Assembly: GCA_035352955.1 (NCBI GenBank)
Contig: DAOPYQ010000003.1
Location: forward strand, 208,206 to 272,205
From: Candidatus Omnitrophota bacterium
GTDB taxonomy: Bacteria > Omnitrophota > Omnitrophia > Omnitrophales > Aquincolibacteriaceae
DNA: 64,000 nt
Direction: 5' to 3'
The notes under the pieces are model-generated. The model was not told the DNA's origin, did no database searches, and saw nothing but the letters and a program-made list of their open reading frames with translations. A program made the position numbers and the translations under genes. Of this stretch, positions 56,301 through 64,000 are shown in pieces (the first letter of the stretch is position 1; every line of letters starts with the position of its first letter).

Positions 56301-57482
56301 CTAAAAATGCTGCTGCACCGTATGGATATCCTTGTCGCCGCGGCCGGACAAACAGACCACGACCACATCGTTCTTCCGGGTCTTCGGCATCAGCTTCGGC
56401 AGATACGCCACCGCGTGCGACGACTCCAGCGCCGGCATAATCCCTTCCGTCTTGGTCAGAAGATCGAACGCCTTCAGCGCCTCTTTGTCCGTGATCGCTT
56501 CATAGCGCACTCGGCCCGAATCTTTCAAATAAGAATGCTCCGGTCCCACGCCGGGATAATCCAATCCCGCAGAAACAGAATGCGCGAGCTGGACCTGCCC
56601 GTTCTTGTCCTGCAAAAGATAGCTTTTCATTCCGTGCAAAACACCCGGCCGGCCTTTCAACATAGTCGCCGCATGGAAAGCCGTATTCACTCCCTCGCCC
56701 GCCGCCTCAAGACCGATCAGACGAACGCTTTTTTCTTTCAGAAAATCATAGAAAAATCCGATCGAGTTGCTGCCGCCGCCGACACAAGCAAGCAGGTAAT
56801 CCGGAAGCTTTTTCGCAGCTTTCAGGATCTGCCGACGCGTTTCCTTGCCGATCACGGCCTGGAAATCCCGGACCATTGCCGGATACGGATGCGGCCCCAT
56901 GACCGACCCCAACAAATAATGCGTATCCTCCACGTTCGTGACCCAATCGCGGATCGCTTCGTTCGTGGCATCCTTCAGCGTTTTGGATCCCGATAGAACC
57001 GGCCGCACTTCAGCGCCCAAAAGCCGCATCCGGTAAACGTTCAGCGCCTGACGTTCCATATCGACCGCGCCCATATAGACCACGCATTTCAGGCCGAACA
57101 CGCAGGCCGCCGTCGCCGAGGCCACACCGTGCTGACCCGCCCCGGTCTCGGCCACGATCCGTGTTTTACCGAGCCGTTTCGCCAGGAGCCCCTGTGCGAG
57201 GGTGTTATTGATCTTGTGCGCGCCGGTGTGAAGAAGATCCTCACGCTTGAGAAAGATGCGCCCGCGGCCGAAATGGGCCGCCAAATTCTTCGCTTCATAG
57301 ACCGGCGTCGGACGTCCGGCATAGGTCTCGAGATAATAACGGAGCTCTTCCTGGAACTTCCTGTCCCTTTTGACCGCATTGTACGCGGCTGTCAGCTCTT
57401 CACAGGCCTTGAAAAGTGTCTCCGGCACATACCGGCCGCCATACGGCCCAAAATGTCCTTTATTGTCAGGAAGTTTTTTCAT
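56301..57482 (-). CDS. trpB: Tryptophan synthase beta chain
   Basis: Contains [23 protein letters not shown] (PLP lysine region) and GGGSNSIG. Length is 393 aa. Confidence 0.95.
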   Translation of the reverse strand: MKKLPDNKGHFGPYGGRYVPETLFKACEELTAAYNAVKRDRKFQEELRYYLETYAGRPTPVYEAKNLAAHFGRGRIFLKREDLLHTGAHKINNTLAQGLLAKRLGKTRIVAETGAGQHGVASATAACVFGLKCVVYMGAVDMERQALNVYRMRLLGAEVRPVLSGSKTLKDATNEAIRDWVTNVEDTHYLLGSVMGPHPYPAMVRDFQAVIGKETRRQILKAAKKLPDYLLACVGGGSNSIGFFYDFLKEKSVRLIGLEAAGEGVNTAFHAATMLKGRPGVLHGMKSYLLQDKNGQVQLAHSVSAGLDYPGVGPEHSYLKDSGRVRYEAITDKEALKAFDLLTKTEGIMPALESSHAVAYLPKLMPKTRKNDVVVVCLSGRGDKDIHTVQQHF

Positions 57483-57485
57483 AAT

Positions 57486-58250
57486 TTAAAGTTTAACCTC
57501 AGCAATGTCTTCGTTTTTGACCCAACCGCTTTCCCCGTTCGTGAGAACCACGCGGCTCCAGTCTTCGCGACGGTCCACCACAAACACCTTGATCCCCTCG
57601 CCCATGCGGAACGCCACTTGGTCATGTTCCGACGGGCCGTAGCGGGCCTCGCATTCCTTCTGCATCACAATCGCATCCGTGAAAAGATTATCCTGCACAT
57701 GCTTTCCGAACTCGACCAGGAACGCGATCAACACCAGCGCAAACATGCATTTCCGCCACGCGGTCCAAAACGGGTCACGGCCGGATAGCAACCGAAGGAT
57801 CCCGCCCAAAAGAAAAATGAACACGAGGACCTGGGTCAGCAAGTGGATCTCTTGCCGCGTCCAGAACCTCAGGACCGCCGCGGTCGCTTTCAGATACCAG
57901 TTACGGCTGTCTTCAACGCGATATTCGATCAACCCGCGCGCGTAATTGAGATTGTAACGGATATCGGCGTTCCGGGGATCAATTAATAATGCCTTTTCGT
58001 AATTCAGGATCGCCTGGCTCAGTTTTCCGAGGCGGACATACGCGTTGCCAAGATCATAATAGACCGCTGCGACCGGAGCGCCTTCATGCGTGAGCCGTTC
58101 ATAAAGCCCCGCAGCCTTCTCGTAATTCCCGGTCCGGTACGACGTATTAGCTTCCTCGAAAACAGTCCCGCCCTTCTGTGCCGCAAAAGCATGGAATTGC
58201 GACACTCCAAGAAGCGTTATCAAAGCCCCGAGAAAAACCCGCGTCTTCAT
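57486..58250 (-). CDS. BatE-like TPR plus SH3-domain protein (aerotolerance operon family)
   Basis: Signal peptide, then TPR units (YDLGNAYVRLGKLSQAILNYEKALLIDPRN), two TM-like segments and a C-terminal SH3b-like segment (GIKVFVVDRREDWSRVVLTNGESGWV). It overlaps batD by 4 nt. Confidence 0.55.
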   Translation of the reverse strand: MKTRVFLGALITLLGVSQFHAFAAQKGGTVFEEANTSYRTGNYEKAAGLYERLTHEGAPVAAVYYDLGNAYVRLGKLSQAILNYEKALLIDPRNADIRYNLNYARGLIEYRVEDSRNWYLKATAAVLRFWTRQEIHLLTQVLVFIFLLGGILRLLSGRDPFWTAWRKCMFALVLIAFLVEFGKHVQDNLFTDAIVMQKECEARYGPSEHDQVAFRMGEGIKVFVVDRREDWSRVVLTNGESGWVKNEDIAEVKL

Positions 58251-60160
58251 CGTCTCATCCTCTCGATGCGGTTCACCGTATCCTGGAAGATCTTGATCCC
58301 CATCTTTTTGGAAGCCTGCGGGATCGCCCCTTTTCCAAAGCGCGATTCGTCACAAAGACCGTAAAGCCCGAGCACGTCTTTCAAATGGGCGTCCTCCGTC
58401 CCGAAATGTTCCGCAAGCGTCGCCTCAAGGTCCTGGCGCGTCACACCGTGGGCCGAAAGATTCCACTTGTCCGCGATATAATGCGTCATCGCTTTCTCCA
58501 GCTCGTCAAAAAAGACCCCGGTGTCTTCTGGCTTTTGGGAATGGGCAAGGCGCTTGAGATTCTTAAGATTGGTGGAAGCAACGAACCGCGCGAGCTTCCG
58601 CCGCCGCAGGGCTTCATCTTTGGAAAAGAGCCTCTCACGCCGGTCTTTCAGCCACAACAAGGCAAGGACGCCCAACAAAAGCAGATTCACCCACTGGCCA
58701 AGGCGGCCAAAAAGCCCGGCGAGCACCGGGGTTTCCGGGAACCGTTCCTGGATATAACGGATGTCTTTCGTCTCGAGTTTGACCTGTTTCTGAAAAAGCG
58801 CTTTTCCGGTCAGTTCTTCCGGCATCTGGAACGCCTGGTCCGAATGCTCCACCTTGATCGGGAAGTTCGGCGTACGAAGGGTTTCATATTTTTCCTTTTT
58901 CGGATCGAAATAGCTGAACTCGAGCGGCGGGATAAAAGCGTCGCCTTCCTCTTTCGGGATAAAAACGATCTCGAAACTCTTCTGGCCGCCGATCACGTTC
59001 CCGGTCTTGAAAAGCTGGGAATTGGTATCGGCATCGTAAGTTTTGAAACCCGTCAGGGCCGGCACTTTCGGGCGGTTGATGGTCTCGATATTTCCTTCTC
59101 CCTCGATCACGACCTTGAGCGTCACGGGTTCGCTCTGTTTCACCGTCGCCTTGTCGAGATTCGCCGAAATACGGAAACTCCCCACTGCGCCCTGAAAACT
59201 TTCGGGCTTGCCCTGCACCGGGAACGGCTTGACCACAAGCTGGATCGGCGAAGGATTCAGCAGCCGGTTCTGCCGCCGGGCAAAGAACGCGCCTCCGGTA
59301 AAAAAACTGTCGCTGAAAAACTCATCGAACGCGCTCGATCCCTGGGCCTCTTCGCGGATCGAAACCTTGAGGCTTCCCGGCTGGATCGTGTAATTGCCGG
59401 GCGCCGTCGGAAATAACGCGAGTTTTTTGACATCGGCCTTCACATACCGCTTGCCGTTCACACGGACGGTCTCCCGTTCAATATCACGCTCCATGGGAAA
59501 TTCTTCGATCCAGAACCCGCTTGTTTCGGGCTCCTTTTCAAAACCTTCGTACCGCGTGTCATAACGGGTATAAAGCGAGTACGTCAGCAGGATCTGCTCA
59601 TTCTGGTAAACGCTCGTACGGTCCACCCACGGCCGCACGAAAATATTGTCATCCCCCTGCGGGGAAACCACGGCGGCCGGTTCCTGAGGGATCGGCTGTT
59701 GTGCGGAAGGCTGGGGAACCTGCGGCATTTGCCGCACGGGAGACGGAGTCGCGGAACCCGCCGTCTGCCCCTGCCCGCCCGTGATCTCGATCGTGCTTTC
59801 CTCGGTCTTAAAAACCTGCTGTCCCGCCTGGACCTCCACCGGAGGGAGCGTGAACTTGCCGGGCTTCTGCGGGATCAGGGTGTAGCTGAATTCGACATTG
59901 GAAGAAGAAACACCGTTGATGAACGTAATATGCGAAGCGCGGCCGGTATAGTAGGTATCAAAACCGTCCAGGGCGGGAAGACGCGGCGCCTGGAGATTCG
60001 AGCTCTGGCCCGTCACGCGGATATTCAGGCGGATCTCTTCCCCCACCTGAGCCGTGCGCTTGTTCAGGGTCGCATTCACGCGGACCTCCTCGGCCCGGAG
60101 CGAAAACGCCGGGGCAGACAAAGCCAAAAGGAGCGTGAAAACAAATAGGATTTTTCTCAT
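58247..60160 (-). CDS. batD: BatD-like oxygen-tolerance protein
   Basis: Signal peptide. Repeated DUF11/BatD-type beta segments, GKFTLPPVEV and NYTIQPGSLKV. Pro/Gln-rich linker. C-terminal TM plus cytoplasmic tail. Length is 637 aa. Confidence 0.65.
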   Translation of the reverse strand: MRKILFVFTLLLALSAPAFSLRAEEVRVNATLNKRTAQVGEEIRLNIRVTGQSSNLQAPRLPALDGFDTYYTGRASHITFINGVSSSNVEFSYTLIPQKPGKFTLPPVEVQAGQQVFKTEESTIEITGGQGQTAGSATPSPVRQMPQVPQPSAQQPIPQEPAAVVSPQGDDNIFVRPWVDRTSVYQNEQILLTYSLYTRYDTRYEGFEKEPETSGFWIEEFPMERDIERETVRVNGKRYVKADVKKLALFPTAPGNYTIQPGSLKVSIREEAQGSSAFDEFFSDSFFTGGAFFARRQNRLLNPSPIQLVVKPFPVQGKPESFQGAVGSFRISANLDKATVKQSEPVTLKVVIEGEGNIETINRPKVPALTGFKTYDADTNSQLFKTGNVIGGQKSFEIVFIPKEEGDAFIPPLEFSYFDPKKEKYETLRTPNFPIKVEHSDQAFQMPEELTGKALFQKQVKLETKDIRYIQERFPETPVLAGLFGRLGQWVNLLLLGVLALLWLKDRRERLFSKDEALRRRKLARFVASTNLKNLKRLAHSQKPEDTGVFFDELEKAMTHYIADKWNLSAHGVTRQDLEATLAEHFGTEDAHLKDVLGLYGLCDESRFGKGAIPQASKKMGIKIFQDTVNRIERMRR

Positions 60161-60193
60161 TTTATGATCACTAGGGGGCGTATTGTATAGTAA

Positions 60194-61153
60194 TCATAAC
60201 ATGACGTCAAACAACGAGTTAAGTGCGGAACGGCTCTCCGAGAGTCTTTTAAGGATCGCGTCAAGATCCGCGGCATTTTTCACGCGAGCGCGCAATTCAA
60301 ACCCTTTTTCTTCAAATCCTTCGACCGGCTCCAGGCGCCATTGTTTGTCGTCCCGGATAATATCGGCCTTCCGGTGCTCGAATGCCTCAAGATAAGCCGA
60401 ATATCTCGGAAAACGAAGCCATTTGACCGCGGCAAAGAATTTGTCCGCCTTGGTCCGGGGATCTATGTCGGGGTGATCAAGAACCTCCCGAACGGGATGA
60501 TTCTTCAACAGCGCTTCCAGGCACTTCCCCTCCCGCTTCATCACATCCGACAGCCATTCCCCCGTCTGAAGAAGTTGCGAGCTGCTCAGTTTTACACGGG
60601 ACCCGACGGCCTTGGCAAAATACGTCTGATCCGCCTCCGAAAATTTCAGGAGAAACGTCACGCCTCGGAACGCCAGAACTCCCGTCGCAAAAAGATCTTT
60701 CAGCGCCCCGGGCATGGCATCCGCTTTGAGATAAAGCTCGAGCGTCGCCTGATCCGCGGGCAGACCCAGAAGCGGCATCAGGATTTCCCTCACTTCTTCC
60801 GGCTTGAAACGAAATTGACGAACCGCAAGACCGAGCGCCTTCGCGCGGTCCATCTCGGGAACTTCCTGCCGCCAGTTGGAAATAAGATTGAGCAGGAACG
60901 CGTCCTGCGGCTTGAGCCCGGCCGCGACAAGCGCTGGAACTGTCTCAATTCCCGCCGCCAAGGCGGCAGCGAACCGCTTGTGACCGGCGATCACAACCGG
61001 ATGCTTTTCCTCGGTCACGATGAGCGGCATCAGAACACCGGACCGGTTGACCGACACCCCCAGTTCCGCATCCGCGGACCGGTAGCGGTAATTGTACGGG
61101 GAATCCCCGCGAACCGAGGAAAGTTTCAATTCTTGGGGATCGTAGCGAGCCAT
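60194..61153 (-). CDS. ParB/Sulfiredoxin-domain protein
   Basis: N-terminal ParB-like nuclease box (LMPLIVTEEKHPVVIAGHKRFAAALAAGIETVPALV). Length is 319 aa. Confidence 0.6.
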   Translation of the reverse strand: MARYDPQELKLSSVRGDSPYNYRYRSADAELGVSVNRSGVLMPLIVTEEKHPVVIAGHKRFAAALAAGIETVPALVAAGLKPQDAFLLNLISNWRQEVPEMDRAKALGLAVRQFRFKPEEVREILMPLLGLPADQATLELYLKADAMPGALKDLFATGVLAFRGVTFLLKFSEADQTYFAKAVGSRVKLSSSQLLQTGEWLSDVMKREGKCLEALLKNHPVREVLDHPDIDPRTKADKFFAAVKWLRFPRYSAYLEAFEHRKADIIRDDKQWRLEPVEGFEEKGFELRARVKNAADLDAILKRLSESRSALNSLFDVML

Positions 61154-62253
61154 TCTTTCTCCAATTGCCCCGGAGAGACCCCGAGAACTTCCTCGATCGC
61201 CTCCTCCGCACTTTTGCCTTCCTTGAATTTTTCGAGCACTTCCTTCATCCGGTACATTCGATAACGTTCCATGATGTAACTCACGATCCGGAAGGACTCC
61301 TGATAAAAAAGGGTGAGCAACAAGGGATCCGGGTTCTGGCGCATCAGGTCCGACGAAAGGATCTCCTGAACCGGCATCAGGGTATTCGTTTTCACCGCGG
61401 CATTGAAGACCAGAAGGTCTACGGGCCGGACCTTGTTCGCCTCATATTCGGCGAGCCCCTCATGGAGCCACGACGGCGCCCGCATGCTGCTGATCGCGGC
61501 GATGAAAGCGTGCGTCATTTCGTGCGTGACCACTGCCCGGAGCTCCGTATCGGTCAGCCCCTTACGGAAAGCCGGCAAACGGATCTTCCCGTCGTACATG
61601 CCGCCCACCCAGTGCCCCTTCCCCGTCAGGTTATGGAAATCGGCGGAGTTGTAAAAAAGCACCACGGTCTTGTGATTGAAATAATACCCGAAGTCCTGCG
61701 ACACCTGACGGTAAACTTCCCGTAAAAGGTTCTTAAGCCCGGTGGCGCTGTAATCCTCCTGGCCTTTTTCGAATTTAATGATGAAATGTTCTTCGTCGAA
61801 ACTGCCGAGCTTGTCCTCGACGGTTTTTTCTTTCTGCAATTTTTCGATCTTTTCACGCAGCCGCGGGGAAGGGCTCAGAAGGTAGCTTTTCTTGTAATAG
61901 GCCTCAGCCTTCTCAAAATCCTGTTGCAGGTTCTCGATCTCGCCGCGGAGCTCCCAGGCCGGAGCGTTGCGGGGCTCGAGGTCCAGAGCGTCCTCCACGG
62001 CCTGGCGTGCCATGTCGTACTCCCCTTTTTCGAAAAATTTGACCGCATCGTTATAAAGCCCGATCGCCACCGGCAGCACGGGAACCCTGCCGCCTTTTCC
62101 GGCATAGAACTGCTGGAGCTCGATCTTCTGCTGCCGCTCCACCGACTCTTTCGCGCGATCGGCGTCATCCGCAGCGGCGTAACTCTCCGTAAGAAAAAAG
62201 AGACTTCCCGAAAAAAGTCCCGCATACAATGCGCAACGCACAATGTTTCTCAT
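61126..62253 (-). CDS. Secreted TPR protein with C-terminal HExxH metalloprotease-like domain (peptidase MA-like)
   Basis: The track ORF runs to 62415. The ATG at 62253 gives a signal-peptide start (MRNIVRCALYAGLFSGSLFFLTESYAA) and forms an ATGA overlap with the M48 gene stop. Contains TPR units and VVTHEMTHAF (HExxH). Confidence 0.6.
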   Translation of the reverse strand: MRNIVRCALYAGLFSGSLFFLTESYAAADDADRAKESVERQQKIELQQFYAGKGGRVPVLPVAIGLYNDAVKFFEKGEYDMARQAVEDALDLEPRNAPAWELRGEIENLQQDFEKAEAYYKKSYLLSPSPRLREKIEKLQKEKTVEDKLGSFDEEHFIIKFEKGQEDYSATGLKNLLREVYRQVSQDFGYYFNHKTVVLFYNSADFHNLTGKGHWVGGMYDGKIRLPAFRKGLTDTELRAVVTHEMTHAFIAAISSMRAPSWLHEGLAEYEANKVRPVDLLVFNAAVKTNTLMPVQEILSSDLMRQNPDPLLLTLFYQESFRIVSYIMERYRMYRMKEVLEKFKEGKSAEEAIEEVLGVSPGQLEKEWLATIPKN

Positions 62254-63380
62254 GGTTTTTGCCCTGAGATCTGTTGTCTTGCCATTTCGACCCGCCGATG
62301 GATCGCCGGATGATCGTAGAAGAGCCACTCGTACCACACCGGGGGTGCCGGGTCCGCGAGATTCTGACTTCCGAGTTTTTCCATACAGGAGATAAATACG
62401 TCCGTTTTGCCGCACACCCTTAACGCAAAAAGGTCCGCTTCACGCTCGCGGTGGCGGGAATAACCGTTCAGGGCCGGCATCAGGATAAGGTTTACCGCGT
62501 AAAAAATAAGGAACAGGAGCGGAAGCCCCGCGATGTCCGCGGCCGAATTTAACCCCATCGGCGCCGTCAGAGTCCGTATCCCCCAAAAGCCGAGGCCGAA
62601 CCCGGCGAGCGACGCAAGAAGCCCGAGCCCCAAAAGCCGCCACACATCATGATGTTTGTAATGCCCGAGCTCGTGCGCCAGGACCGTTTCGATCTCGTCG
62701 TGCGTAAAGTTGCTGATCAGCGTGTCGCTCAACACCACGCGCTTCGTTCTTCCGATCCCCATGAACGCCGCGTTCGCCTTCTTCGTCGTCTTGCTGAGAT
62801 CGAGCGAATACACATGTTGCACGGGCATCCCGAACCGCGCGGCAAGTTTCAGGACCCGGTCCTCGAGCGCCTTGTCCTCGAGTTTTCCGTATTTGTAAAA
62901 AAGCGGCACGATGAAAACCGGAAAAAGTTTCCCGATCCCGTAACTCACGAATGCGTACGCCGTCCACGCCCAAAGCCACCAGCTCCCGGGACATTTCCGG
63001 ATAATAAAATACAACGCCTCGAGAAGCACCAACGAGAATGCGAACGAGAGCGATGCCTTCTTCAAAAACTCGACGGCCCAGGAACGAAGGTCCTGATTGG
63101 AAAGGCCAAAGCGGTGTTCGATCACGAACCCCGAGTAATAATCAAGCGGCAGGTCAAAGATCAGGAAATAGACCGAGAATAGGAAAAAATAGACCGCGAC
63201 GGAGCCCCAATCGTTGCCGCCCGTCACCGCAACGGCATTCTGCCGCATCAAAAAACTCCATCCGCTCGCGATGAGGATGCCGAGAAGCGCCGGCGTGAGC
63301 AGCAGATGAAAAAGCGTCAGCCTGCGCCGGATCGATTGGTACAAAATCGCTTTTTCTGTTTTGTTTGTTTGCTGTTCCAT
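62250..63380 (-). CDS. M48 family zinc metallopeptidase (HtpX/Ste24-like), multi-TM
   Basis: Several TM helices, then HELGHYKHHD (HExxH) and a downstream E of the M48 signature. Length is 376 aa. Confidence 0.85.
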   Translation of the reverse strand: MEQQTNKTEKAILYQSIRRRLTLFHLLLTPALLGILIASGWSFLMRQNAVAVTGGNDWGSVAVYFFLFSVYFLIFDLPLDYYSGFVIEHRFGLSNQDLRSWAVEFLKKASLSFAFSLVLLEALYFIIRKCPGSWWLWAWTAYAFVSYGIGKLFPVFIVPLFYKYGKLEDKALEDRVLKLAARFGMPVQHVYSLDLSKTTKKANAAFMGIGRTKRVVLSDTLISNFTHDEIETVLAHELGHYKHHDVWRLLGLGLLASLAGFGLGFWGIRTLTAPMGLNSAADIAGLPLLFLIFYAVNLILMPALNGYSRHREREADLFALRVCGKTDVFISCMEKLGSQNLADPAPPVWYEWLFYDHPAIHRRVEMARQQISGQKP

Positions 63381-63448
63381 TATGGAAACCTGCTAACATG
63401 TGCCACGCACAACGCGCAAAGTTCAACGAAAAATTTTTCCGTTGCGCG

Positions 63449-64000
63449 CTATGAAGTAAACTCCGTCAGGACCCCGAAATGGTCGGACGGCCAGACGCCG
63501 GCCGATGAGGGCTGATCGAAAACGACCTTGGAGGAGCGGATCCTGGCCAGCGGACCGACCCGTTCCCGGATGAAAATATAATCGATCCGCCGCTCCGCCA
63601 TTTTCTCACGTTCGGCCTCCGCGTATGAATTCCGGTAATCCCAGGTGAGCCCCAATTCCCCGGGATTCTTCGTCAGAAATGTGTCGATCCATTTGTGCAT
63701 TTCCCGGAGAAAAACAACGCCCGGGGTGTTCGCGGCCGCATTCAAATCGCCCATGAGCACGACCGGCTGTCCGCGGGCCGCCTTCCGCCCGACAAATTCG
63801 TGCAGCTCGAGCGTCTGCTGCATCCGCACCTGACCTTCGTCAACTTTCCAGGAAAGGTGCGTATTAAAAAGCGCGAGTTTTTCCTCGCCGGTATCGACGG
63901 ACACATAGAAAGCGTAACGTAAATAGTCCTCGGTCGGCGACTTCGCCTTGTAAATGATGCATTCCTGTTCGGCGGGCTTGTATTTGGACAGGAAGATCAA
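63449..64000 (-). CDS. Endonuclease/exonuclease/phosphatase (EEP) family protein, probably 5'-truncated by the window edge
   Basis: C-terminal EEP-like motifs (LMGDLNA, SDHFGV). The ORF reaches the last base of the window, so the true start is probably outside it. Confidence 0.5.
   Translation of the reverse strand: MIFLSKYKPAEQECIIYKAKSPTEDYLRYAFYVSVDTGEEKLALFNTHLSWKVDEGQVRMQQTLELHEFVGRKAARGQPVVLMGDLNAAANTPGVVFLREMHKWIDTFLTKNPGELGLTWDYRNSYAEAEREKMAERRIDYIFIRERVGPLARIRSSKVVFDQPSSAGVWPSDHFGVLTEFTS

Noticed and set aside
62254-62415. 5' extension of the TPR/HExxH ORF (start at 62415)
   Set aside because: The extension overlaps the M48 gene. The internal ATG at 62253 gives a signal peptide and a typical ATGA coupling junction.
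39440-64000. Plus-strand ORFs overlapping the minus-strand gene array (for example 40111..41343, 43838..44320, 50405..51148, 51416..52900, 54220..54984, 58178..59416)
   Set aside because: They are antisense to genes with strong family-level motifs (FACS, patatin, LepA, Rpe, M16, BatD) and have low-complexity R/H/D-rich composition.

Overview
GC-rich bacterial chromosomal segment (GC not computed) in which every supportable gene is on the minus strand. The dominant feature is one uninterrupted minus-strand reading frame from an ATG at 38606 down to position 1 and beyond the window edge. That is at least 12,868 codons, a giant gene whose 3' end is not in the window. The long plus-strand ORFs in the track over 1..38600 (up to 738 aa, rich in R/L/D/F/H) are antisense shadows of this frame. 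Hand translation of the giant frame at about ten scattered points gave protein-like sequence with no stop codons. These points showed an N-terminal hydrophobic anchor, two multi-pass transmembrane clusters, a charged coiled-coil-like tract, a tandem 26-aa Ala/Glu/Lys/Pro/Val repeat, a HIT-like CxxC plus HxHxK module, three sugar-nucleotidyltransferase-like glycine loops in an internally duplicated module, and a DUF218-like segment. Upstream of the giant gene lies an unusually AT-rich roughly 400 bp island, then a 21-nt poly(A) run and two copies of a 45-bp hairpin that read as rho-independent terminators on the minus strand. Upstream of these is tRNA-Ala(CGC). The remaining 25 kb is a tightly packed minus-strand array. 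It encodes a monoacylglycerol-lipase-like hydrolase, an acyl-CoA ligase, a cNMP-binding patatin phospholipase, a PilZ-YajQ-PilZ c-di-GMP effector trio, two SPOR proteins, a GNAT acetyltransferase, lepB, lepA, rpe, a TPR protein, an M16 peptidase, ruvX, trpA, trpB, BatE-like and BatD proteins, a ParB-like protein, a TPR/HExxH protein, an M48 peptidase and a partial EEP-family gene. Many of these genes overlap by 1 or 4 nt. No CRISPR array, rRNA or clear mobile element was seen.
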